DNA of 53,941 nucleotides, taken from positions 1 to 53,941 of the forward strand of contig DASVPM010000314.1 of the NCBI GenBank assembly GCA_036382815.1, in the 5' to 3' direction. This document shows, piece by piece, positions 9,834 to 20,177 of the stretch. The notes under the pieces were generated by a model. That model was not told the origin of the DNA. It searched no databases and saw only the letters and a list, made by a program, of their open reading frames with translations. A program made the translations under genes and the position numbers. The stretch's first letter is position 1; each line of letters begins with the position of its first letter. The stretch is from Allosphingosinicella sp. Its GTDB lineage: Bacteria; Pseudomonadota; Alphaproteobacteria; Sphingomonadales; Sphingomonadaceae.

Positions 9834-11240
9834 ATGACCGAGGCAAGCCCGCAACGGGCCAACATGGGCTTTATCTTCGCGATCGTCGCGGTGGCGACGA
9901 TCGGCGGCTTCCTGTTCGGCTACGACAGCGGCGCGGTCAACGGCACCCAGGCGGGCCTGAAGAGCGCCTTCTCCCTCAGCGAGGGGGGCCTCGGCTTCAC
10001 CGTCGGCTCGCTTCTGATCGGCTGCTTCGTCGGCGCCTTCCTCGCCGGCCGCCTCGCCGACCTGCTCGGCCGCCGCAACGTCATGATCCTCGCGGCGTTG
10101 CTGTTCCTGATCGGCGCGCTCCTGCAGGGCCTGTCGGAATCCCACATTGTCTTCGTGATCGCCCGGATCCTCGGCGGAATGGCGGTCGGCGCGGCCAGCG
10201 TCCTCTCGCCCGCCTATATTTCCGAGGTGGCGCCGGCGAGCATCCGCGGGCGGATGACGACGATCCAGCAGATCATGATCATCACCGGCCTGACCGCCGC
10301 GTTCCTGGTCAACTATTTCCTCGCCGCTTCGGCGGGCGAGTCGACCCGGGGCTTCTGGGGCGGGCTCGAGGCCTGGCGCTGGATGTATCTGATGCAGGCG
10401 CTGCCCGCCGCGATCTTCCTCATCGCCCTGTTCTTCATTCCCGAAAGCCCGCGCTACCTCGTCTCGAAGGGGCGCAACGAGAAGGCCCACGGCGTTCTGG
10501 CCAGTCTTTTCGGTGAAGAGGTCGCCCGCGCCAAGCTGGACGAGATTCGCGCCAGCTTCAGCGAAGACCACCGCCCTCGCCTGAGCGATCTGAAACGCCC
10601 CGGCGGCGGCATCCGCCCGATCGTCTGGGCCGGCATCCTGCTCGCCGTTTTCCAGCAGCTCGTCGGGATCAACGTCATCTTCTATTACGGCGCGACGCTC
10701 TGGCAGCTCGCCGGCTTCACCGAAGACCAGTCGCTGCAGATCAACATCGTCTCGGGCGCCGTCTCGATCGCGGCGTGCTTCCTCACCATCGCCCTGATCG
10801 ATCGGATCGGCCGCAAGCCGCTCCTCCTGATCGGCTCGGCCGGAATGGCGGCGACGCTGTTCGCGATGGTCTACGCCTTCGCCAACGGCACGCTCGATGC
10901 CGCCGGCAATCTGCAATTGTCGAGCGGGCTCGGGACCCTCGCCCTGATCGCCGCCAACCTCTACGTGATCTTCTTCAACGTCAGCTGGGGCCCGGTCATG
11001 TGGGTGATGCTCGGCGAGATGTTCCCCAACCAGATCCGCGGCTCGGCGCTGGCGGTGGCCGGTTTCGCCCAGTGGTTCTCCAACTATCTGATCGCGCAGA
11101 GCTTCCCGATCATGGCGGCGGGCCTGGGCCTGGCCGTCAGCTACAGCTTCTACGCGGTCTGCGCGGTGATCAGCTTCTTCCTCGTGCAGAAGTTCATCCA
11201 TGAGACGAAGGGCAAGGAACTCGAGGAGATGCAGGGCTGA
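9834..11240 (+). CDS. Sugar porter (MFS) family transporter, XylE-like
   Basis: GGFLFGYD, DLLGRR, PESPRYL, QQLVGINVIFYY and ETKGKELEE motifs. RBS GGAGGAGG before ATG 9834. Confidence 0.92.
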   Translation: MTEASPQRANMGFIFAIVAVATIGGFLFGYDSGAVNGTQAGLKSAFSLSEGGLGFTVGSLLIGCFVGAFLAGRLADLLGRRNVMILAALLFLIGALLQGLSESHIVFVIARILGGMAVGAASVLSPAYISEVAPASIRGRMTTIQQIMIITGLTAAFLVNYFLAASAGESTRGFWGGLEAWRWMYLMQALPAAIFLIALFFIPESPRYLVSKGRNEKAHGVLASLFGEEVARAKLDEIRASFSEDHRPRLSDLKRPGGGIRPIVWAGILLAVFQQLVGINVIFYYGATLWQLAGFTEDQSLQINIVSGAVSIAACFLTIALIDRIGRKPLLLIGSAGMAATLFAMVYAFANGTLDAAGNLQLSSGLGTLALIAANLYVIFFNVSWGPVMWVMLGEMFPNQIRGSALAVAGFAQWFSNYLIAQSFPIMAAGLGLAVSYSFYAVCAVISFFLVQKFIHETKGKELEEMQG

Positions 11241-13015
11241 ACCGGACCCCCGCCCGCCCCTTTCGATCCCGGGAGTGGTTCGCCGCTCCGGGGCGGAGCG
11301 ATATGGCGGCGCTGTATCTCGAACGGTTCATGAATTACGGCATTACTCCGGACGAGCTGCGCTGCGGCAAGCCGATCATCGGGATCGCCCAGTCCGGATC
11401 GGACCTGACGCCGTGCAACCGCATCCATCTCGAGCTCGCGCACCGGATCCGCGCCGGGATCCGCGACGCGGGCGGGATCCCGATGGAGTTCCCCACCCAC
11501 CCGATCTTCGAGAATTGCCGGCGGCCGACCGCGGCGCTCGACCGCAACCTCTCCTATCTCGGCCTGGTCGAGATATTGAACGGCTACCCGATCGACGCCG
11601 TCGTCATCACCACGGGCTGCGACAAGACCACCCCCGCCGGCATCATGGCCGCCTCGAGCGTCGACATCCCCGCCCTCACCCTGTCGGGCGGGCCGATGCT
11701 CGACGGCTGGCACGACGGCGAGCTGGTCGGCTCGGGCACGGTGATCTGGCGCTCCCGCCGGCTGCTCGGCGCCGGCGAGATCGACGAGGAGGAGTTCCTC
11801 CGCCGCGCCGCCGACTCGGCGCCCTCGGCCGGCCATTGCAACACGATGGGCACGGCCTCGACCATGAACGCCGTCTCGGAGGCGCTCGGAATGTCGCTGC
11901 CCGGCAACGCGGCCATTCCCGCGCCCTATCGCGAGCGAGGCCAGATGGCCTACGAGAGCGGCCGCCGCGCCGTCGAGCTTGCCTATGAGGACCTGCGGCC
12001 GTCCCGCATCCTGACCCGCGATTCCTTCCTCAACGCGATCCGGGTCAACGCCGCGATCGGGGGGTCCAGCAACGCCCAGCCGCACATCGTCGCGATGGCG
12101 CGCCACGCCGGGGTGGAGATCGGCCCGGAGGACTGGATGGCGCACGGCTATGACGTGCCCCTGCTCGTCAACATGCAGCCGGCCGGAAAATATCTCAGCG
12201 AGCGCTTCCACCGCGCCGGCGGCGTGCCCGCGGTGATGTGGGAGCTGCTTCAGGCGGGCCGGCTGGCCGGAGAGGCGATCACCGTGACCGGCAGGACCGT
12301 GGCCGAGAATCTCGAAGGCCGGCGGACGACCGACCGCGAGGTGATCTACCCCTACGACCGACCCCTCAAGGATCGGGCCGGCTTCCTGGTCCTCAAGGGC
12401 AACCTCTTCGACTTCGCGATCATGAAGACCAGCGTCATCTCGGACGAGTTCCGCAAACGCTATCTGGCTCGTCCCGACGCCGAGGGAATCTTCGAGGCGC
12501 GCGCGGTGGTCTTCGACGGATCCGACGACTACCACCACCGGATCAACGAGCCGGACCTCGACGTCGACGAGAATTCGATCCTGGTCATTCGCGGCGCCGG
12601 CCCGCTCGGCTGGCCCGGTTCGGCCGAGGTCGTCAACATGCAGCCCCCGGACCGGCTTCTGCAGCGGGGAATCACCAGCCTCCCCACCCTTGGCGACGGG
12701 CGCCAGTCGGGGACGTCCGACAGCCCCTCGATCCTCAACGTCTCCCCGGAAAGCGCCGCCGGGGGCGGACTTTCATGGCTTCGCACCGGGGATGTCATCC
12801 GCATCGACCTCAATGCCGGCACCTGCGACGCGCTGGTGGACGAGGCCGAGATCGCGAGACGGAAGGGCCAGGAGCCTCCTGCCATCCCAGCGAGCCAGAC
12901 GCCGTGGGAGGAGCTTTACCGGGAGAAAACAGGGCAGCTTTCCGAAGGCGGGGTGCTCGAGTTCGCGGTCAGGTATCGCGGTACTTCGGCTAAGACGCCG
13001 CGGCATAACCATTAA
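11237..13015 (+). CDS. xylD: D-xylonate dehydratase (IlvD/Edd family); start probably CTG 11237, alternative ATG 11303
   Basis: PCN, GCDKTTP, GHCNTMGTASTMN and GDGRQSGT motifs and C-terminal PRHNH, closely matching Caulobacter XylD as recalled. The in-frame upstream NRTPARPFRSREWF resembles the XylD N-terminus. Confidence 0.9.
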   Translation: MNRTPARPFRSREWFAAPGRSDMAALYLERFMNYGITPDELRCGKPIIGIAQSGSDLTPCNRIHLELAHRIRAGIRDAGGIPMEFPTHPIFENCRRPTAALDRNLSYLGLVEILNGYPIDAVVITTGCDKTTPAGIMAASSVDIPALTLSGGPMLDGWHDGELVGSGTVIWRSRRLLGAGEIDEEEFLRRAADSAPSAGHCNTMGTASTMNAVSEALGMSLPGNAAIPAPYRERGQMAYESGRRAVELAYEDLRPSRILTRDSFLNAIRVNAAIGGSSNAQPHIVAMARHAGVEIGPEDWMAHGYDVPLLVNMQPAGKYLSERFHRAGGVPAVMWELLQAGRLAGEAITVTGRTVAENLEGRRTTDREVIYPYDRPLKDRAGFLVLKGNLFDFAIMKTSVISDEFRKRYLARPDAEGIFEARAVVFDGSDDYHHRINEPDLDVDENSILVIRGAGPLGWPGSAEVVNMQPPDRLLQRGITSLPTLGDGRQSGTSDSPSILNVSPESAAGGGLSWLRTGDVIRIDLNAGTCDALVDEAEIARRKGQEPPAIPASQTPWEELYREKTGQLSEGGVLEFAVRYRGTSAKTPRHNH

Positions 13016-13016
13016 C

Positions 13017-13103
13017 CGTCGTCCCAGCGGAGGCTGGGACCCGGGGGGTGAAATGCACCCGAGCCCTTCACCCCTTGGGGCCCCAGCCTTCGCTGGGGCG
13101 ACG
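13017..13103. repeat. REP-like inverted palindrome pair between convergent genes (possible terminator)
   Basis: CGTCGTCCCAGCGGAGGCTGGGAC ... GCCCCAGCCTTCGCTGGGGCGACG; each arm is itself a hairpin. Confidence 0.75.
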
Positions 13104-13106
13104 CAC

Positions 13107-15086
13107 CTAATCGATCGGCAGCTCGAACGGGCCCGGCGGCAGCGGCGCTTCGTCGTAGAGATTGACCACCGGGCTGTCGGCCCACGCGTAGCGAACGCGG
13201 GTCGCGGGCTTGCCGTCGTCGGCGATCCGCACGGTGGCGCCTTCGGCGGCCCCTTGCGCATAGCGGCAGCTTTCCTGGGTCGCGCCGCACAGCTCCAGCC
13301 CCAGGACTCCGGACCCGCTCCAGCTGCGCAATGCGCCGGTGACTCCGGCGAATTCCACCACCACCGCGCTCCCGTTCCCGCGCGCCCGCACCGCCTGCGG
13401 CCCCGCCGGCTCCGGCGCTCCGTGGGCCACGGCCCGGGCGGCGCGCGCGAGGCGGCGGCCCACCTCCTGCTTGTTGGCGGGATGGATGTCGAGGCGATCG
13501 CCCAGATCCATCGTGACGACCAGCGCGGCCTGACGGTCGCCCGCCGCGACCCGGCGCTGCGCGTCCCGGACCTCGGCCCAACCGCTGGCGCCGGGAGCCA
13601 CAGCCGGCGCTCCGAAATTCGCCAGGCTGACGATGAGGAACGGAAGCCGTGGCGATTCGAACTGCCGCCTCCAGCCCGCCATCATCGCCCGAAGCTTCTC
13701 CGCATAGCCCGCCGCCATTCCGCCGTCGGTCTCGCCCTGATACCAGGCGACGCCCTTCAAGCCGAACGGGCCGAGCGGTGCGATCATGCCGTTGTGGATG
13801 AGGGACAGCCCGGCGGCGACGTCCCAGGGAGGCCGCGGCGGCTCGCCCAGCCCGGCCGGAGCGAGGGCATATTGCCACCCTTCGCCGAGCGGCTTCGCAC
13901 CGCCGCCCGCGAAGCCGAGCTTGAGCACCTCGGCGGGTCCCTGGAATCCGCCTGCGCCGTAGCCGTCGTACAGGTTGACGAGGATGACGTTCTCGCCCTC
14001 CCGCAACAGCCCCTCGGGCAGCGGGTAATCCCGAGCCACGTCCCAGCCGAACGTGTTGCCGACGGGCACCCCGTTCACCCAGGTCTGATCGATCTCGTCG
14101 ACGACTCCGAGCGAAAGCCTTGCGGGTTTCGCCGCTTCCGCCCGGGTCAGGGTGAAGGTCTTGCGCGCCCACATCATGCCGTTGAAGGCGACGAAGGCCG
14201 GATCCCCCCACCCCTCCCAATAACCGATCTTCGGCATCGGCCGCCACGCCAGTCCGGCGGCGTCGCGCCACGGCTCGAGCGACGAGCGGGCACTCCACCA
14301 TGCCTGCCAGCGCTCACCGAAGCGGCGGTTGGCCGCGGCGGGATCGCCGCGGTAGAGGGCGAGCAGGGCCGAATCCTCGCCGCCGACGGCGCGGCTCGAC
14401 GCCTCGTCCATCCAGGAGCGGATGGCGGTGCCGCCCCAGGTGGCCGCGATCGCTCCGACCGGTACCTTCCGGGAAGCCCTGAGCTCGCGGACCATGAAAT
14501 AGCAGGCGGCGGAGAAGTCGCGGACCGTCCGGGGCGAGGCCGCGGCCCAGGCGACGGGCCCGCCGAAGCCGGCGGCCGGGGCGGCCTCGGTCTTTTTCGG
14601 GACCGCGAGGATCCGCAGCTGCGGATCCGCCGACGCCGCCGCCTCGTCCTCCCCGTTCAAAGCACGCGCCACCGGAAATTCCATGTTGGACTGGCCGGCG
14701 CAGAGCCAGACGTCGCCGATCAGGATGTCCTCCGCGCTCGCCCGGGCGCCGGCTTCACCGGCCGCTTCCAGCCGGTAGGGACCGCCCGGCTCCATCGCCG
14801 GCAGGGTCGCGCGCCACTGCCCGTCGCGGCCGGCGGTCACTCGGCGCGAGGTGGCGCCGAGGCTGATCTTGAGTCGTTCGCCGGGCGTGGCGGTCCCCCA
14901 GACCGCGATCGGGCGGCCGCGCTGGAGCACGGCGTGGTCGGAGAAGAGCGGGTGGAGCGCGGGGGCGGCCTGGGCGCTCGCGGCGGTCGACAGCATGGCG
15001 AGGGCCACGGCGTATCGTCCAGATTCAAGCCGCGACGGCCGCCCCGCCCGGCCGGCGACATCCCCGGGGCGGAGCGGTCCGCGCAT
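13107..15086 (-). CDS. Sialate/9-O-acetylesterase (SASA domain), probable xylan acetylesterase
   Basis: FSDHAVLQR, GDVWLCAGQSNM, WYQGE and DIHPANKQEVGRRLA motifs. ATG 15086 lies 1 nt after the xylB stop; the exact start is uncertain. Confidence 0.88.
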   Translation of the reverse strand: MRGPLRPGDVAGRAGRPSRLESGRYAVALAMLSTAASAQAAPALHPLFSDHAVLQRGRPIAVWGTATPGERLKISLGATSRRVTAGRDGQWRATLPAMEPGGPYRLEAAGEAGARASAEDILIGDVWLCAGQSNMEFPVARALNGEDEAAASADPQLRILAVPKKTEAAPAAGFGGPVAWAAASPRTVRDFSAACYFMVRELRASRKVPVGAIAATWGGTAIRSWMDEASSRAVGGEDSALLALYRGDPAAANRRFGERWQAWWSARSSLEPWRDAAGLAWRPMPKIGYWEGWGDPAFVAFNGMMWARKTFTLTRAEAAKPARLSLGVVDEIDQTWVNGVPVGNTFGWDVARDYPLPEGLLREGENVILVNLYDGYGAGGFQGPAEVLKLGFAGGGAKPLGEGWQYALAPAGLGEPPRPPWDVAAGLSLIHNGMIAPLGPFGLKGVAWYQGETDGGMAAGYAEKLRAMMAGWRRQFESPRLPFLIVSLANFGAPAVAPGASGWAEVRDAQRRVAAGDRQAALVVTMDLGDRLDIHPANKQEVGRRLARAARAVAHGAPEPAGPQAVRARGNGSAVVVEFAGVTGALRSWSGSGVLGLELCGATQESCRYAQGAAEGATVRIADDGKPATRVRYAWADSPVVNLYDEAPLPPGPFELPID

Positions 15087-15087
15087 C

Positions 15088-15846
15088 CTACCGCCAGCCG
15101 GCGTCGACGAAATATTCGTGGCCCGTGACCAGCCGGGCATCGTCCGACGCGAGGAAGAGGACCATCGCGGCGACATCCTCGGGCGCCAGCCGGCCGCCGA
15201 GGCATTGGGCGGAGACGATCTCGGCTTCCCCTTCGGGCGTATACCACTGAAGCTGGCGGGGCGTGCGCACGTTGCCGGGGACGACGCAGGTGACCCGGAT
15301 GCCGTCCTTGCCGAGGTCGCGGGCGAGCGCGCGGGTGAGGCCCTCGATCGCGGCCTTGGCGGTCTGGTAGAGGGCGAGATCCGGAAGCGCCAGGTGCCAG
15401 GAGATGGAGCCGAGATTGACGATCGCCCCGCCCCCCTTCTCCCGCATCCCGGGAACGACCGCCTGGGCGCAGAAGAAGAAATGCCTCAGATTGACGTTGA
15501 AGCGCTCGTCCCAATAGGCCTGGGTGACTTCGCCTACGCTGTGCCTATCGTCGTTGGCGGCGTTGTTGACCAGGACGTCGAACGCGCCCCCCGACCCTAC
15601 GAGGCTCGAGATGGCGGCCTGCAAGCCCGCTACGTCGCAAAGGTCGATCCGCTGGAACCGCGCGCCAACGCGGTCGGCGAGCGCCTCCGAATCGCTCTCC
15701 GCGATGTCGAAGAAGGTGACGTCCGCACCCTGGCGGACGAACCCCTCGACGATCCCGGCGCCGATCCCCGAGCCGCCGCCGGTGATGAGGACGCGCTTGC
15801 CCCGAAGGCTCGGATAGACCGCGCGGTTGTCGCTTGCTTCACTCAC
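15088..15846 (-). CDS. xylB: D-xylose dehydrogenase (SDR family; Weimberg pathway, Caulobacter nomenclature)
   Basis: YPSLRGKRVLITGGGSGIG, NNAANDDRH, YQTAK and C-terminal VDAGWR. GTG start at 15846. Confidence 0.9.
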   Translation of the reverse strand: MSEASDNRAVYPSLRGKRVLITGGGSGIGAGIVEGFVRQGADVTFFDIAESDSEALADRVGARFQRIDLCDVAGLQAAISSLVGSGGAFDVLVNNAANDDRHSVGEVTQAYWDERFNVNLRHFFFCAQAVVPGMREKGGGAIVNLGSISWHLALPDLALYQTAKAAIEGLTRALARDLGKDGIRVTCVVPGNVRTPRQLQWYTPEGEAEIVSAQCLGGRLAPEDVAAMVLFLASDDARLVTGHEYFVDAGWR

Positions 15847-15853
15847 CTCGGTC

Positions 15854-17290
15854 TCAGCCCCCGATGTAGACCGTCTTGGTCTGGGTATAGAATTCGACCG
15901 CGGCGAAGCCCTGCTCGCGCGCGCCGTAGCTCGATTTGCGGGTGCCGCCGAACGGCACATGGTAGTCGACGCCCGCGGTCGGCAGGTTGATCATCACCAT
16001 GCCGGCCCGAATCGCCCGGCGGAAATGCCGCGCATGCTTGAGCGAGTTGGTGACGATGCCCGCCGACAGGCCGAACCGGCCGCGATTGGCGACGTCGAGC
16101 GCCTCCTCGTAATCCCGTACCCGGACGGTGCTTGCGACCGGGCCGAACACCTCCTCGCAATTGATGCGCATCCCGGGATCGGTGTCGGCAATGACGGTCG
16201 GCGCCATGTAATAGCCGCGGGTCGCAAGCGTCAGCATCTCTCCGCCGGTCAGGATCCGGCCGCCCTCGCCGCGGGCGATCCCGACGTAGCGCATGTTCTG
16301 CTCGAGCTGGCTCTCGCTTACGGCCGGGCCGATCTGGCTCGAAGGGTCGAGCGCGTCGCCGACCCTGAGGCTCCTCGCCCGCTCCGCCAGAGCCTCGACG
16401 AACCGGTCGTGAATGCCCTCGGTGACGATGATCCGGGACGAGGCGGTGCAGCGCTGGCCGGTGCCGAAGAAGGCGCCGTCGATGGCGCAGGTGACCGCGC
16501 GCTCAAGATCGGCGTCGTCGAGCACCACGAGCGGATTCTTCCCCCCCATTTCCAGCTGAAGCCGAGCCTGCCGCCGGATCGCACCTTCCGCGACCTTGCC
16601 GCCGACATATTGGGAGCCGGTGAAGGAAATGCCGTCCACCCCTTCATGGTCGACCATGGCGGATCCGGCGTCGCCTTCGCCGATCACCATGTTGAAAACG
16701 CCCGCCGGCGCTCCCGATTCCTCGATGATCGACCCCAAGGCATGGGCGATGGCGGGGGTGGGAGTCGCGGGCTTCAGAACCACGGTGTTGCCGAAGGCGA
16801 GCGCCGGCGCCGTCTTCCAGGCGGGGATCGCGATCGGGAAGTTCCAGGGCGTGATCAGGCCGAACACGCCGACCGCCTCGCGGTGCGTGGCCACGTCGAT
16901 GCCCGGCCGGGTCGAATCGAGCGCCTGGCCATGGCGGCGAAGTGCCTCGCCGGCGAAATATTTGAAGATGCGCGCGGCGCGCATCACTTCGCCCGTCCCC
17001 TCGGGAAGAGTCTTTCCCTCCTCGCGAGAGAGCAGCCTCCCGAGCTCCTGGGCGCGGCTCATGATCAGCGAGCCGGCTTTGTCGAGGACGTCGGAGCGGA
17101 CCTCGGGCGACGCCTCGGACCAGGCCGGAAAGGCGTCGCGCGCGGCCTTCACGGCGCCGTCGACGTCCCGCGCCGTCGCCTTCGGATAGCGGGCGACGAC
17201 GTCGTCGAGATTCGACGGATTGAGGCTTTCGCCGGCGGCCTCGCCGGCCACCTTTTCGCCGCCGATAAGATGGGTCAGTGTGTCAGCCAC
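15854..17290 (-). CDS. xylA: Alpha-ketoglutaric semialdehyde dehydrogenase (ALDH; Weimberg pathway, Caulobacter nomenclature)
   Basis: ITPWNFPIAIP, FTGS, LEMGGKNP, GQRCTASSR and EEVFGP motifs. GTG 17290 with RBS GAGGAG; alternative ATG at 17317. Confidence 0.88.
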   Translation of the reverse strand: MADTLTHLIGGEKVAGEAAGESLNPSNLDDVVARYPKATARDVDGAVKAARDAFPAWSEASPEVRSDVLDKAGSLIMSRAQELGRLLSREEGKTLPEGTGEVMRAARIFKYFAGEALRRHGQALDSTRPGIDVATHREAVGVFGLITPWNFPIAIPAWKTAPALAFGNTVVLKPATPTPAIAHALGSIIEESGAPAGVFNMVIGEGDAGSAMVDHEGVDGISFTGSQYVGGKVAEGAIRRQARLQLEMGGKNPLVVLDDADLERAVTCAIDGAFFGTGQRCTASSRIIVTEGIHDRFVEALAERARSLRVGDALDPSSQIGPAVSESQLEQNMRYVGIARGEGGRILTGGEMLTLATRGYYMAPTVIADTDPGMRINCEEVFGPVASTVRVRDYEEALDVANRGRFGLSAGIVTNSLKHARHFRRAIRAGMVMINLPTAGVDYHVPFGGTRKSSYGAREQGFAAVEFYTQTKTVYIGG

Positions 17291-17303
17291 GGGGGTCAGC
17301 TCC

Positions 17304-18437
17304 TCAAAATCGTTCATCGGTCAACAGCCCGCGTTCAGCGAGGTTGCGCATCAGATCGCGCACTCCGAACGACCAGGGCGCCGCCGATTTGGAAGTGGTG
17401 ACCCGGTTGACCAGCGTCCCGAGCCGCGGAGTCGAGATGCGCACCACATCCCCCGTCTTGTGGGTGAAGCCGCGGCCCGGCTCGTCGCGATCCTGGACGG
17501 GGGCGAACAGCGTTCCCAGGAAGAGGGCGAAGCCGTCGGGATAATGGTGCTCGCTGAGCGCCTGCCGGACCAGATCCTCGGGATCGCGGCTGATCTCGGC
17601 CATCGAGCTTTCCCCCTCCAGGCGGAAGCCGTCCGCGCCTTCGACCACCAGCTCGACTCGCGCCCGCCGAACGTCGTCCATGGTGAAACGATCGTCGAAG
17701 AGGCGGATGAAGGGGCCGATCGCGCAGGACGCGTTATTGTCCTTCGCCTTGCCGAGAAGGAGCGCGCTGCGCCCTTCGAAATCGCGAAGGTTTACGTCGT
17801 TGCCCAGAGTCGCCCCGACGGCCCGGCCGCCGCTGTCGACGACCAGCACGATCTCGGGCTCGGGATTGTTCCAGCTCGAATCGGAGCGCACTCCGATCTC
17901 CGCGCCATGGCCGACCGTGGAGAGGACCGGCGCCTTGGTGAAGATCTCGGCGTCGGGTCCGATCGCGACCTCGAGATATTGCGACCAGAGGCCGTCGTCG
18001 ATCAGCGCCTGCTTGAGCGACGCCGCTTCCGGGGTGCCCGGCACCACTGAGCGGATGGCGCCGCCGATATGGCTTTCCAGCCGCTCGCGGATCGAGGCGG
18101 CGACCTGCGAATCGCCCCGCGCCCGCTCCTCGATCACGCGCTCGATGGCCGAGACGGCGAAGGTCACGCCCGCGGCTTTCACCACCTGCAGGTCGAGCGG
18201 GGAGAGGAGCCGGTCGGCTCGAAGCTCGTCAACAGCGCAAATCCTGGTGCCGCCCTCGGCCGCTTCCGGGCCCCGGTCGAGCAGGTCGGCCACGGTAGGC
18301 GCCCGCGCCGATATGTCGAACACGGCGCCGTCGCGGATCAGGACGGGGGTCGGACCCGCGACCAGCCGGAGGCGCCCGACGAGAAGGGCGTGCGCCGCGT
18401 CGGCCGGCAACTGGGCTGCCGAAAAGCTGGTGTTCAC
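17304..18437 (-). CDS. xylX: 2-keto-3-deoxy-D-xylonate dehydratase (FAH family)
   Basis: KAAGVTF, WNNPEPE, GNDVNLRDFEGRSALLLGKAKDN and GTLFAP motifs. First gene of the xylX-A-B run. Start uncertain (GTG 18437). Confidence 0.87.
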   Translation of the reverse strand: MNTSFSAAQLPADAAHALLVGRLRLVAGPTPVLIRDGAVFDISARAPTVADLLDRGPEAAEGGTRICAVDELRADRLLSPLDLQVVKAAGVTFAVSAIERVIEERARGDSQVAASIRERLESHIGGAIRSVVPGTPEAASLKQALIDDGLWSQYLEVAIGPDAEIFTKAPVLSTVGHGAEIGVRSDSSWNNPEPEIVLVVDSGGRAVGATLGNDVNLRDFEGRSALLLGKAKDNNASCAIGPFIRLFDDRFTMDDVRRARVELVVEGADGFRLEGESSMAEISRDPEDLVRQALSEHHYPDGFALFLGTLFAPVQDRDEPGRGFTHKTGDVVRISTPRLGTLVNRVTTSKSAAPWSFGVRDLMRNLAERGLLTDERF

Positions 18438-18468
18438 GCGCGAAGGTTCCGTTGATTGATCGAGCAAT

Positions 18469-18482
18469 TGGTAGCGCTACCA
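18469..18482. promoter_or_regulatory. LacI/XylR-type operator TGGTAGCGCTACCA (perfect palindrome)
   Basis: Perfect 14-bp palindrome immediately upstream of xylX. Confidence 0.85.
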
Positions 18483-18547
18483 TTCGACGCAGCGGCGGCG
18501 GCTGTCAAGGTTTCGACTCGGGTCGACGATCGCGCCGGCCGCCCACC

Positions 18548-20134
18548 CTACATGCCGGTGGCGGCGAAGGTGTTCCCGTCCGGATCCAGATCCCGCAAAT
18601 CCCGGCCGCGCGTTTCCTTGCCGAACAGGGCCACCAGCGCCAGCGCCGCCACGGTCGGCACCAGGATGACGATCGCGACGATGTCGAGCGGCGGCACCAG
18701 CGCCAGGATGGCGAGGAGCTGGGCGAGCATGCCGCCGGCCTTGGTGCAGGCGGCGACGGTCCCCGTCGTCCGGCCGCGGATGCGGAGCGGGAAGCTCTCC
18801 GCGGCGTAGGGGAGGAGCATCGCGATCAGAGCGTTGGTCCCGACGATCAGGAGCGCGACCGGAAGCAGCGGGCTCGCGATCAGCTCCAGCTCGAGCGCGA
18901 AAATTCCGGAAAGACCGGCGAGAGTCACCGCGATCGAGGCGGCGACCGACCATTTGGTGCTCCAGCGGCTGTAAAGCCAGGCGGTGACGAAGACGGTGGG
19001 GAAGGCGATCAGCGCGGACTGGGCCAGCAACGTGCTGGACAATTCCATGCTGTAGCCCTTCGCGACCATGTCGGCGGGAAGCCACAGCAACAGGCCGAAA
19101 TTGATGAGGCCGTAGCAGATCGCCGCCAGGCTCAGCGCGAACAGCTTGCCGAAGAAGGCTCCCCCGGTCAGCGCCACCGAAGGCCCCCTCGCGAGGGCTT
19201 CGGCTTCGTCGGGCCGCGCCGCCCGCGCCTCCGAGCCGAAGCGCTGCATGACCCGCCGGGCCTCTTCGCGCCGGCCCCGGGCGAGCAGGAACTTGGCCGA
19301 TTCGGGGATGAGCGCTCCGAGGAGCACCAGGGACAGGCCGGTGGGAAGGTTGAGAAGCCACAGGATCCGCCAGCCGAAATAGGGCTGGAGGACCGCGGAC
19401 GAGCCGCTTGCCGCGAAATAGCCGCCGACCGCGCCGAGGCCGCCGACCAGGACGAGCGCCCAGCCGCGATGCCGGCTCGGCATCATCTCGGCGAGAAGGG
19501 CGTAGGTGACGGGAAGCATTCCGCCCGCCGCCGCGCCCATCATGAAGCACATGCCCACGTTCCAGGCGAAGCTCGGCATCGCACCGCAGATCGAGGTTCC
19601 GACGAACAGCACGGCGGAGAGAAGGATGGAGGCCTTGCGGCCGTAGATGTCGGCGATGATCCCCCAGACGATCGAGCCGACGACGGTTCCGACCAGAGCG
19701 GCGAAGGGGAAGAGCGAGACGGTCGCCTTGTCGACCCCATATTCGTTCATCATGCCGGGCAAGGCGAAGCCGAGGCTGGCCGGCTTCATGATGTCGATGA
19801 CGAGCGCGATCACCAGCACCGCCATCAGGGTCCAATGCGCTCCGGACAGCGGAGCGTCCTCGGGTGGCGACACGACGATGTCATGGCTCGCCGACAGCAG
19901 ACGGGAGACGTTCCGCGGCAGCAGGCCATAAGCGGCGACGGCGACTCCGCCGACGATGGCGACCATGCCGGCGATCATCTCGGCGCCCATCGTCATGCCC
20001 GAGAGGACGAAATGGTTGTGCCGGCCCATCCAGAACATCGGCGCGTGCATCAGCACGCCGGCGGTGACGGCGGCCACCCCGAGGATGAAGGCCCACAAGC
20101 CGCGGCGGTCCGCGAGTGTGCTCGCGCTAAGCAT
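18548..20134 (-). CDS. MFS transporter with an extra N-terminal hydrophobic segment
   Basis: Many hydrophobic helices; ADIYGRK, AEMMPSRHRG, IPESAKFL and ETRGRDL motifs. Start assumed at ATG 20134. Confidence 0.85.
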   Translation of the reverse strand: MLSASTLADRRGLWAFILGVAAVTAGVLMHAPMFWMGRHNHFVLSGMTMGAEMIAGMVAIVGGVAVAAYGLLPRNVSRLLSASHDIVVSPPEDAPLSGAHWTLMAVLVIALVIDIMKPASLGFALPGMMNEYGVDKATVSLFPFAALVGTVVGSIVWGIIADIYGRKASILLSAVLFVGTSICGAMPSFAWNVGMCFMMGAAAGGMLPVTYALLAEMMPSRHRGWALVLVGGLGAVGGYFAASGSSAVLQPYFGWRILWLLNLPTGLSLVLLGALIPESAKFLLARGRREEARRVMQRFGSEARAARPDEAEALARGPSVALTGGAFFGKLFALSLAAICYGLINFGLLLWLPADMVAKGYSMELSSTLLAQSALIAFPTVFVTAWLYSRWSTKWSVAASIAVTLAGLSGIFALELELIASPLLPVALLIVGTNALIAMLLPYAAESFPLRIRGRTTGTVAACTKAGGMLAQLLAILALVPPLDIVAIVILVPTVAALALVALFGKETRGRDLRDLDPDGNTFAATGM

Positions 20135-20177
20135 TCGAATGGCAATCCTCGTGGTCCGAATTCCGTAGACCCTACGG

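Noticed and set aside
11237-18437. Weimberg pathway genes as a novel system
   Set aside because: This is a well-characterised pathway (Caulobacter xylXABCD); only the gene arrangement differs.
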